A stretch of 63,846 bases of DNA, filler included, from Stramenopiles sp. TOSAG23-2 (lineage: Eukaryota): NCBI GenBank assembly GCA_900128395.1. It is 8 parts of 8 records of this genome, joined end to end, with 100 filler letters (N's around TTAATTAATTAA, not from the genome) between each part and the next. Parts side by side here need not be neighbours in the genome. Positions count along the whole stretch, not along the records: positions 27,015 to 53,889 come from LT649426.1; 7 more parts are not named here. One strand, given 5' to 3'. Positions 33,001 to 41,500 of this stretch are shown here, piece by piece. Under the pieces are notes generated by a model, which did no database searches, was not told the DNA's origin, and was given only the letters and a program-made list of their open reading frames with translations. Within the stretch, counting starts at the first letter, position 1. Each line of letters begins with the position of its first letter. Position numbers and translations under genes: made by a program.

Positions 33001-36000
33001 AAAAAAAGAGAGAGGCAACTTTCTTCACCAAAAGTACCGTTTGAACGTCTAGTAGAAATTTTGCGTTTAGAAGAATCCAGAGAAGGTCCGTCAAAGAAGG
33101 TAGTTAGAAAAAGTGTTACTCTATCTGATGCTCCAGCAATATGCCAAAGTACTGTTTATGATCTGTGTAAATCTGTTAATAAAACGTGTACTGATGAGTG
33201 GAAAAGATGGGAACAAGTAATATTAATGGGGCAATCATCGTGGAAATCTCGTACGGATAATGATTATCGTGCACAATTAGTCGATAATGATAATAGTCCA
33301 TCGTCTACTGCCAATAAATGGCAGCTGGATGAATCTGAAGCCTTTTTGAGAATGCGTAGACGAGTTAAGCCGAATCCAGGCTTTTTTGAGACCTATGGAT
33401 TGAAAAAGGAGATCATGTTATGGAAAGACAGGGCGTTATCTCCTAGTTCTATGGGAGGAAATAATGCATTTGAGACTCCGATGAAAGCTACAAATGGCAG
33501 TTGTAAGAAAGAAGGAGAACTTGAAGTTCCAATTCCAGTCACTAGCCGTCGATTATCTGCAAAAATATTATTACAACGAGCAGATGCTGCAAATAATAAT
33601 GTTGGCACACCGTATACTTCTGGAGTAAATGTTGTTAGTGCCGTACCAAGAGTTGCAAGACGGATGAATAGTACCCCATTAGATGAAGCAGAAGATGACC
33701 TCCTCGATACATTGACCGACGGGGGTGAAATACAGGTTCAAGATGAAAATAAAAATTCTAAAACCGGTAATATTCGATCTATTTTAAACAAATTGGATTT
33801 ATCTAAAGTCCTGATAGCAAACGATGTTGAGATAAAGTTTGTATCAAATTGTACCGTTGTACGAGGTTTAGAGGCTATCGAAGCTATATTTGTTGTTACT
33901 GAAACAGATTTATTAATTGTTGAGGGTTATCAACTAGCAGATGATGGATCTACCTTGATAGAAATCCAAAAAACAGAAGTCAAATGGGATTATACAATTG
34001 AACTGCTACCGAATCCTAATAATAATAACAACAACAAGAACAAGGTAGAAGGAAGTTCATCGCCTGGTATATCAACTATCAATAATGATAGTGAGAAGGA
34101 AAAGAAATTAACTATTAAGACTCCTCAGGCAAAAACATCACGGGAGCGTAGTACAGTCGATACAAAACATTCCCAACATTCACGACATTGTATTTCCTAC
34201 GAAAATGTTAAAGCTTTTTATAAACGAAGATATCTTTTAAGGCGTGTTGGTATTGAACTTTTCAGCGGTGATGGGGAAAGTATTTTCATTGCCATGCGAG
34301 ATCCAAAGGTACAAGCAAAAGTTTACAAGATTATCTCATCTTTAAACTTTCCTAATTCTATATTCAAAGAGAAAAATAAATCAAGCAACGCAAATGATAC
34401 AACTAGTGCACCACAAGTTGGTTCTAGTTCGAAACATCGTAAATATTTAAATTTTACAACGAAGAAATGGCTTGAAGGTGATATTTCTAATTTTGAATAT
34501 TTAATGATATTAAATACAATGGCTGGCAGATCTTACAATGACTTGACTCAATATCCTGTTTTCCCTTGGGTCTTAGCAGATTATCACAGCAAAAAGATCG
34601 ATTTAAATTTAAGATCATCTTATCGTGACTTATCAAAACCAATGGGTGCACTTGGTGAAAAACGTGCGAAAGAATTTCGATCTCGTTATCAAGAAGTTAA
34701 ATCGTTAGAAGATCCAATGACACCTCCGTTTCATTATGGGACGCATTATTCGACAAGTGCTTACATATTGTACTACTTTGTTCGCATGGAACCATTTTCG
34801 CAAATGTCAATTGATTTACAAAATGGCAAGTTTGATCATCCATCGCGTTTATTTACATCCATTAATCGTTCATGGATTGCTGCATCTGGTGGTAATCCAG
34901 CTGATTCGAGTTCTCTTCAAGATGTACGAGAATTGACACCAGAATTTTTTTACAGCGCAGAATTTTTAAAAAATTCCAATAATTTTAATTTTGGTGAAAT
35001 CAAACCAGGCAGCAAAATAAATGATGTGGAATTACCACCCTGGTGCAACAATGATCCAGGGCAATTTGTTCGCATAAATCGTAAGGCATTGGAGTCAAAA
35101 TATGTATCAGAAAATTTACACCATTGGATTGATTTGATATTTGGTTATAAACAGATTGGTCAAGAAGCTGAAAATGCACAAAATGTTTTTCACCCATTTA
35201 CATATGAAGGCGAAGTTGATGTAGATGCCATTGAAGATGACGCGATGCGGGAATCAGTAATGGCGCAAATTCATAATTTTGGACAAACTCCAACGCAGTT
35301 ATTTAAATCCCCACATCCTAGACGTGAAGTAAAAAATGTCTCGTTACATGATGAGCCAAAACAAGTCTTGTCATTAATGCGATGGCACAGATATTTGTCA
35401 GGTCCACTAGTTCTACCCGGTATTTATCCACCACGTATAGTTTTAGAAGCATCTGAAATGGTAGAGGAAACATTATTGCAAAAAGCAACTAAAGTAATTG
35501 AAATGTATTTATCAAATAGTATTAATTTAGGACCAGTATCTGATATAAAAATACTACCAAATGGAAATGTGGAGCACATCCGTTCCCCGGTCATCGGAAG
35601 CGCTATGTTAAACACTAGAAATAGGCACAACAATTCAAATAGAAGTGGTGGTACTACTTATGGCGCAATTTTACATCCACCTACGTTTCGTAAATATTTA
35701 GCGTGGGGACACCCAGATGGCTCTGTACAAGTTCATACATACGTAGCAACACCATTGCATCGTGATGTTGGAAGAATTGTTACTACTCATGATGGATTAC
35801 ATATTGGGCCAGTAACATGTGCTGTATTTTCAAATGACGGCCAATTATTAGTTACTGGAGGTTATGATGCCATTATAGGATTATGGAGCGTATCAAAAAA
35901 TGATAAGAAACGAAAAGCACTTAAAGGAAGTGAACGGATTTTAAAATTAAAAGGAAGATTATGTGGCCACAACCGTCCAATTACATGCATTTCTATATCG

Positions 36001-36963
36001 ACATTAAACGGTATCATTGTGTCAGGATCGGAAGATTGCTCCATTATAGTTTGGGATATAACAGAAATGGTCATGGTGCGTGTATTGCTTGGTCATGAAA
36101 AAGCAATCTTAAGTGTATCTATTAATGAGCGCAGCGGCAACATAATTACTGGTACTGATTTTGCATTAAGAGTATGGAATATAAATGGTAGTCTAATGGC
36201 GTGTGTAAATATGTCACAAGTTCGTTTATCACCATTAAGCTGCATTTTAGCATCTGATAGTGAAGATTGGCAAAATTGTGTTAATGTTGTTACTGGTCAT
36301 GAAGATGGCAAAATTGTTTTGTGGCAATTGGTTGGTAATCATGATGACTTGATAACAGAATTTACGGAGACGGAGATATTACCGCAGCAACATACACCAC
36401 CAGAACCATCATCAATTGCATCATTATCATCGCAACGATCAAATTCATACAGCTTTCATGATTTATTAGCAGCTGAGGAGGAAGAAAGAGCTGTTGCAGA
36501 ATTGCCAGTAATTCGCCGTGTAGCGAAAGCGAAAAAGCAGCGGAAGGTTTCAATTGTGCGTGTACGATCAATGCTAACATTGGAAATTTTGAAAAAAAAT
36601 GATGATGATAATGACGATGATGTACAAGAAGTGGAGGGAGATGATGAAGAAAAACGTAGTAGCAATGGAGAACAAAATGATGACATGGATAGTAAGCATA
36701 ATGATGACAATAACAATAGCAAATCTGGTGGACAAAAAAATAGTCGTTCTAGTATACATAAATCTGTTATACCTCCAATGAAATTACATATCATGTCCAT
36801 CTATAAAAAACATCAAGCAAGAATAACAGCAATGGCATTATCGTTTGATGGTACTAAATTAGCGACTGGATGTGCTCATGGTAAAGTATATATATGGAAA
36901 AGCTTATTGGATAAGAAAATTGATGAGTATGAAATTATTAAAGATTTTGATGATTTGATGTAA
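27016..36963 (+). CDS. BEACH-domain protein (ConA-like, PH, BEACH, WD40); 5'-truncated at the contig edge
   Basis: ISNFEYLMILNTMAGRSYNDLTQYPVFPW, FHYGTHYS, DVRELTPEFF, HHWIDLIFGYKQ, NFGQTPTQLF, WD repeats; the frame is open back to the spacer. Confidence 0.95.
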   Translation, partial: VLSVYGNSQEICLGVEPRLNLIKNFVQLLLEIEHEELNVMIFKSIEILATGYSYTPKEAVKEAANVIVEIFQNISSGSNKHNLKDALKLLKSFASLVGHLVEYDNNYYDMLIEINIVSSFIYPLMDITWKENTSNSKDDDDNNINNNKDNEFDMKNFVNEIIENIVNETINMKTNVIDVENNMHEKNSLIDESFYKLFYEGIFYLLTQFATRNNVLLDKLLSPTCCNLYRGSLSHHFKTFMIRKKKGPINKIIDVSPYTIGPCLMFLEKLVVQSSKHLETVLTMLLQIVQDMQLSSKAFAINILETISYMISTARRGRNIFCQVYGFETCLSLFTRFLGDFTNNYNDNDNNTIQDKEGKSLFFTSLIVKILQTFTVAMDGPHTFNRRHFNENINYHSILEPLRLSNILKSNFGKDIINALLYMLAGDSSFQRINNRNIHVSSNDDANIFKINNWDSNNNNDNNSNENNNVNETSLKLLNNSILEYSKMAMSMNYSVLFIIFNAIVHISPKEDAMKLLQQIRKILTLTGPLARESASIAGSVAWAMEALDGVKDVDLIKELVSLIGLVAKHGTTPYEIRHVLKLVQNSDEKPILSKLMLSLLKDMSALSYAPFVTFGKDPSKDDLPAYGKISNFGEWTWPPKEGMSVSCWIRIVNDHGINSPDKSKEKICLINVYDSQNNTIFAVHLGREDITFVNGTASSQEIAYFRHDSSMFKDHDWHHILITHQRERKSRMNAFWKSNEGTVIVYIDGVQCKSDESSLPFSTSGVKNGKLGVLSGIIGSENKSLTQRYWHLGPTIVSLEPFSQEIVLRIYLAGPNQISCFRGATVYPSPLGVYVNLLQKIGRNEKSTEEVLTVLGLYNKNSADTLAKIKAIQEIVLNPDAIVLFYVASETKKVDMAFASGANVKQNFMVSNMAIDSYGIRSRRGIFQLKGGAFPNRPHALCTWLRSVEGVISLFPLIDKTLVYSDSSTDHDTNKELFLHTLSLVVNMSSSDCCADSISELEASNGYAILAYFLAQGSELGYINTQVMNLLFQLCAGPKDTNNKNRIAANIDCIRLILFNTIIFTNSPIYSSLRVSILRFILGLVQKENALNNLKQNDEFLNLNASYNVLRLLEADGIKWLLHTSLRDAHTIASLIDNDKQNGNSNGKDINNLLDSYDIVEDILYELLRARGEINDLFYIAEFLISSVHTNMAHISFPYSGTGVLHQHRENLSIGYERYQNILLNILLKMVHGDTMTKEPLKVAHSTDANDAERKSPSIESSILSTLSSMQSMMPPAPSLSSTSNSRSSSGDTNNKKRNKKHAEDTTKRLYTIYEQVFFEQYNMWFLCLMDRAESTEVISLAFRLFIEILQNTESNTQERHIQFMLLQFEYALTQHCHSFDIYILLIAFLVGVPVKMLPQNMFESMSAVDVTSILNQFKAASAATETSINILKDEDANAIMSMISNLLREHLRKATFPEYNKTYGGSPKRTVFHRRGGSTDSGYYGENDEETTTDDDDQNQRNTDILNEDTNRFNNQNGENEIASLMAHIFLSLMEEDDKFKSRCASASFMRHIVKFIFSCASQNDASVMRANSNGKIFSIKIIEQYVDDAREDISVTEGEDNVENDTTRTKLTSSRLSSRGSEISAYENVFSGRIADTLFELIGQVTEAYILGDVSSNGEKTMSIGLGTRVCLMILDAFPSYAPQHLIRAYQLRTLRVLHSKLGQTLSSLRFDWLHNDFFIPQLQQLCEEIVKKAMYGWFEGCEHVVLLFLFDCLQCAQKLSNVQKLDVKRRKNMVQSISSSVYAFICFTLQQYSDDFEGENICKTLKLIGENSQFLNLVNVNRRKLSDAERSNTISGIYVGRSRGSSNASSTVVSGTSPSTFQKFMSTDSMFVNSSFSHKDFLHCFCYLSYKILELDCAESRELVKIWKDMFKFNHFEMIELIGSSTASPKQNSTNKRRKSEMAQRDLYAEGFHLLVEDAKDELFLEWIRRLKNHEDLILRDIITKTTAKAWKKRERQLSSPKVPFERLVEILRLEESREGPSKKVVRKSVTLSDAPAICQSTVYDLCKSVNKTCTDEWKRWEQVILMGQSSWKSRTDNDYRAQLVDNDNSPSSTANKWQLDESEAFLRMRRRVKPNPGFFETYGLKKEIMLWKDRALSPSSMGGNNAFETPMKATNGSCKKEGELEVPIPVTSRRLSAKILLQRADAANNNVGTPYTSGVNVVSAVPRVARRMNSTPLDEAEDDLLDTLTDGGEIQVQDENKNSKTGNIRSILNKLDLSKVLIANDVEIKFVSNCTVVRGLEAIEAIFVVTETDLLIVEGYQLADDGSTLIEIQKTEVKWDYTIELLPNPNNNNNNKNKVEGSSSPGISTINNDSEKEKKLTIKTPQAKTSRERSTVDTKHSQHSRHCISYENVKAFYKRRYLLRRVGIELFSGDGESIFIAMRDPKVQAKVYKIISSLNFPNSIFKEKNKSSNANDTTSAPQVGSSSKHRKYLNFTTKKWLEGDISNFEYLMILNTMAGRSYNDLTQYPVFPWVLADYHSKKIDLNLRSSYRDLSKPMGALGEKRAKEFRSRYQEVKSLEDPMTPPFHYGTHYSTSAYILYYFVRMEPFSQMSIDLQNGKFDHPSRLFTSINRSWIAASGGNPADSSSLQDVRELTPEFFYSAEFLKNSNNFNFGEIKPGSKINDVELPPWCNNDPGQFVRINRKALESKYVSENLHHWIDLIFGYKQIGQEAENAQNVFHPFTYEGEVDVDAIEDDAMRESVMAQIHNFGQTPTQLFKSPHPRREVKNVSLHDEPKQVLSLMRWHRYLSGPLVLPGIYPPRIVLEASEMVEETLLQKATKVIEMYLSNSINLGPVSDIKILPNGNVEHIRSPVIGSAMLNTRNRHNNSNRSGGTTYGAILHPPTFRKYLAWGHPDGSVQVHTYVATPLHRDVGRIVTTHDGLHIGPVTCAVFSNDGQLLVTGGYDAIIGLWSVSKNDKKRKALKGSERILKLKGRLCGHNRPITCISISTLNGIIVSGSEDCSIIVWDITEMVMVRVLLGHEKAILSVSINERSGNIITGTDFALRVWNINGSLMACVNMSQVRLSPLSCILASDSEDWQNCVNVVTGHEDGKIVLWQLVGNHDDLITEFTETEILPQQHTPPEPSSIASLSSQRSNSYSFHDLLAAEEEERAVAELPVIRRVAKAKKQRKVSIVRVRSMLTLEILKKNDDDNDDDVQEVEGDDEEKRSSNGEQNDDMDSKHNDDNNNSKSGGQKNSRSSIHKSVIPPMKLHIMSIYKKHQARITAMALSFDGTKLATGCAHGKVYIWKSLLDKKIDEYEIIKDFDDLM

Positions 36964-37403
36964 AAAAAAATATTTTTGTTAATATATATATATATATAAC
37001 ACACACACATATATTTTTTACGATTTCGTATTTTTTACATTTTATTATGAAGCTACACTTCAATTTTTGGTCTATCGTGTGACGCTCCTCGTATTCAGGG
37101 GCTTTGAAATTGCGTGTTCTTTATGGTATTGCGTCTGCGAATTGGGCAACTAGCTACGTCTGCTATAAACTGATGCCGAAAATTCTGATTTTGTGTGTAT
37201 ATGTAATATCACAGGTGGTAGGTTATAAGGTGTTCCTGTGCACTTTGCCAAAAAGAAGAAGTGGTGTGAGATAATATATATAATAATAAAAAGCAAGAAT
37301 AATTTTTTTTTTGATTGATGAAAAATTGATGAATATGAAATCGTAAAAAGTGATATCGAAAAAATCAAAGAAAAACATTTAGTATAACAATTTTATACAC
37401 ATC

Positions 37404-38502
37404 ATGGCTACGACAGGTGCTGATCCATTTAATTATCAACATAGACAAAATTTAACTAGAAGGAAAGGAAATGGATCAAATGAAATTCAATATGAACCAT
37501 TTGATGAGGCAAATATTTCTTCAGATGTGAATAAATAAAATTCAATATGAACCATTTGATGAGGCAAATATTTCTTCAGATGTGAATAATAATAATAATA
37601 ATAATAATAATGATAATATTACAAGTACTAATAATTTTGGCTTGACGGCATATATAATATTATTTATAACATGTAGTTGGTTTGCGTCATTTGCTCATAC
37701 ACTAATTTTAACCTTTGCGTATTCACCACTATTTCCAGAGACTCTGCCGTTTGATAGAGACGTTCCTTTAGAAATCATTGGACCAGTATTAGGATACATG
37801 TATGCCATCTATTTCATTGGTACTTCTTATGGAAAAGTGATGGATACTAATAGTTTTTTCAAAATATTAATATATATTTCCATTGGACAAACATTGCATT
37901 TTACATTATTTTGGTTTGAAGATGTTTTTGTAGATAAATACAAACCGAATGCATTGCTACAGGGAATATACGCTGTAATCAATGGTTCAAGTTTTCTACC
38001 GTCTTTATGTTGTTATTTTGCAAATACACATTTAAAAAATGATGAAAGTTTTAAACCAAAAGATTCATGCTTGCAAAATTGTTTAAGTGGGTGCTGTGTT
38101 TGGTGTGGTCGTTGTTGCTTACTTTTTGTAATTATGCCGTTGGTTATGGGTGTATTATTTGGTGAGAACAATGGAAGTGCACGTTTTAACTTTGATTTCG
38201 GTGGAGATGATTTTGGAGGTTTTGGCGGAAGTGATGGTGGTTCTTCCTCGTATGATTACAATAGTGGTAGAATGACCCGTTCGAGAGCATTACGTTCATT
38301 GAATTTAGGATCTGGTGCATCTTTACGCGATATTAAATCTTCATATCGTAACTTGGCAAAGTTATATCATCCAGATAAATGTGGTCGAGGTGATGATGGT
38401 ATGTCTGCGAAAATGTGTGAAAAGAAATTTATACAAGTAAAAGAAGGATATGAATATTTGTCAGGTAAAAATAGAAAAGAAAGACGAGGATTTAGATTGT
38501 GA
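37404..38502 (+). CDS. Multi-TM protein with C-terminal J domain; true start probably 37404, interrupted by a 55-bp duplication
   Basis: IKSSYRNLAKLYHPDKC...FIQVKEGYEYL. The ATG at 37404 reads through once one copy of aaattcaatatg...gtgaataa (37483/37538) is removed. Confidence 0.8.
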
Positions 38503-41500
38503 TTTTTTCAAAATCATCATCATCGTAATTATCATCCCCATCATCATTATTTACACCACCATATTGTAAATGTCGTACTGCATTTATTCCTGAGCCACCA
38601 ACAATCGTTTCATCAGCAATTTCACTAATTCCAGTAAATTCACTATTAGCCTTTTTCTTTTTTGCCTCTTCCCTTTGCTCCTTTGCTATTTTTTCGTCAA
38701 GTTTTCGTTCTTCAATTTCCATTAATTCAGCTTCAGCTTCTACAGCTCTATTTTCCCATTTATCTACATCAGCCCTTGCTTTATCCAATTGGCTTTCAAG
38801 GCTGTTAATAGCATCGTCGGATTTTTTCATATGTTCTGCTAATGTATTCATATGATTTACAGCAGCTTCCTCTGCTTGTCTTAATTTAACACTTTGTTCA
38901 TCGTATTTAATGGTCAAATCATTTTGTTTCGTTTTCAAATCAGTGATTTCTTTCTCCATAATTGTTATCTGTTCCAAATCACCTTCTGCCTTTGCAGCGC
39001 GTTCTTCCAATTTAATAGCTTCCGCTTTCGCTGTTTTCAGTTCCTCGTGTAATGCTGCAATTTCCTCATCCATTTTATTTTTGTCCGATGAACCAATGTT
39101 TCCATTACCTTCCCCTTCTTCTTTTTCTTCTTTATTACTACCTTCTAATGGGGCAGTATTTGTTGGCTTTCGATCCAATTCAATTTTTGCACTTGCCAAA
39201 TCAGCTTCTGCTCGCAATGCACGAGCTAAAAGAATTTCATTTTGGTCTTTGTAATTACTTGCTTTTTCTTCAAGATCATAAATTTGGTCAACTTTATCAT
39301 TCAAACGGTCGCTTAAATCTACATACCCCGCTTGTGTATCTTCCAAATCTTGTAATCTAGTTTGCAATTCCATGTAATATTCCTCCTCTTTGCGCCTCGC
39401 TGCATCTCTTTCTTCCGTCAAGACCGTGACAGTCTCCGCATTTTCATCTTCCATATCAGTTAAACGTTGTGTTAAAAGTTCAACCTCTTTTTTCAATTTT
39501 TCAGAATTAGATTCTGTTGATGAAGCATTTTTCAACTGTGCTTCTAACTTATCACAACGGCTGACTAAGATTTTTTTCTCAGCCTGTAAAGATAAAACGG
39601 TCGTTTGAAGTTCAACAGATTCTTGTTGTTTTGCAAGAGTAGATTCCGATTCATCTGCCATGGATTTAATTCTGTCTTTCAAATTAATAACTTCAGCCAT
39701 TGCTTTTGCTTTCGCAGCATCTGCATTTCCTCGCTCGCGAGATGCCTCTTCAAGTTTTACTTTGAACACCTCTATCGCTTCCTCTCTTTTCTTATTTTCC
39801 TCCGAAACCGCAACATGCTCCTCTTGCAAACGTTTGAAATTTTGCTCAGATGCCATTGTTTTTTGCTCCCAATCTTGGCATTGTGATTTGGCGGCTGATA
39901 ATGCAATTTGGCTTTTACTTAATTCCTCTTCCAATCGATCTCGAGTTTCCTCTAGTTTTTCAACATCCTTCTCCACACGCTCCGCATCGAGTCTAGCAGC
40001 TTCTAATTTACCTTTAGCAGCTGCAAGATCACCTTGCATTTTTTCAATTGCTTGTTGTTCCTCTCCTGAGGTTTCTAATTGTGCTTTAAGTGATGCATTT
40101 AATGATTCTAGCTCAATTTGGTGTTCTTTTAAAACTAGCGTATTTTTCTCGTTTTCAACCCTTTGCTCCTCACTTTTTTTCATACTTTCTTGCAACTCCT
40201 TAATTTTATATTCACCTTCCGAAACAGATTGCTTTAAAGCTTCACTTTCACTTTCCACGCGAGATATTTCCCTTTGCATATCTTCCCCCTTTTGTCTCCA
40301 TTCTGACTCCGATGTTTGCAATTTCGCTTTCTCCGCAGCTAACGATTTCAAATTATTTGTTAACTCTTCGATTGCTTCATCTTTCGCTTGTAAATCTCGT
40401 TGTAAAGTTGAATGTGCACTTTCCAATTCAAGAAGCTTTGCTTCATTTGAAGCTTTTGATGCTTTAGAATCTTCATGCATTTTTTTGATACGCCGAGATA
40501 ATGAACCCTGCAACAAATTAAATGCATTAAGGTATCCATCAAAAGTTCTTTCATTTTTTTCTTCATTTTGCTCTGCCTTTGCGCCTGGTGGCAACGGCAC
40601 AGGCGGTTCAACAGTAGTTGCAGATTCATTTAACTTTATTGATAAATCATTATCATCCTCTTGCCAATATTTTCCTTCTAACCGTAGTGTTCTCGCTAGT
40701 TGTGCAGCAGGTTGGCCTATTTTTGTCATGTTGGAAGTCTCCCGTTTAAAATGCTGTAATGTTTTGGACGATAACCAGATGTTTCTCATCATTTTCAACG
40801 CACGCTGAATAACATCTCCTTGTTCTTTTGGCAAACCATTGTATTGATCTGCCTCGTTTGGGTCATTCCCATCGCCATTTTTTCGTGCTTTTGCTAATTT
40901 TTGTTGTACCTCATGTCCTTTTGGTTTGTCTCCATTTAAAGTACGTTCCACTAAAGAATCAAAATTCAATTTTTCATCCGTCGCTACTTTTGCTAAATGT
41001 TGCAACATTCGATTCGTTTTTTCACTTTCACTACCAGCAACAACGTGTGATGGAACACAATCAACTGGTCTTCCTAATCCCAATCCGATGCAAATGATTA
41101 AACGATCCAAGTATTGTACTTTCACTTCTCTAGAACGTTGTTTCTGTCCTTCCTTTGGTTCAAGTCCTACAAACAATCCTTTACCAAACCCAGTTGTTTT
41201 TGTCACAGCACTGATTAAATCATCCAAATATCGAAATGGTGGACGTGTTAATAATTTAGTACTTAAAGGAGGTTTAGGACCAGGCACAATATCTTTCAAT
41301 AATTCTCGTGTTTGCGCAACTTCGTCTTCAATAGTACCAAATGGCAATTCAGAATTTTGCGATGAGACAGATGGTGAAGGACTTGGTGTAGAATTTCCAT
41401 TTACAGTTTTGCCATCATTTTTTGTTGGACTACGAGGTGGCGGGCCAAGTTTCATTTGCATTGCACGCGCTACACGCTTAGCAGTGGATAAAACTTTTTC

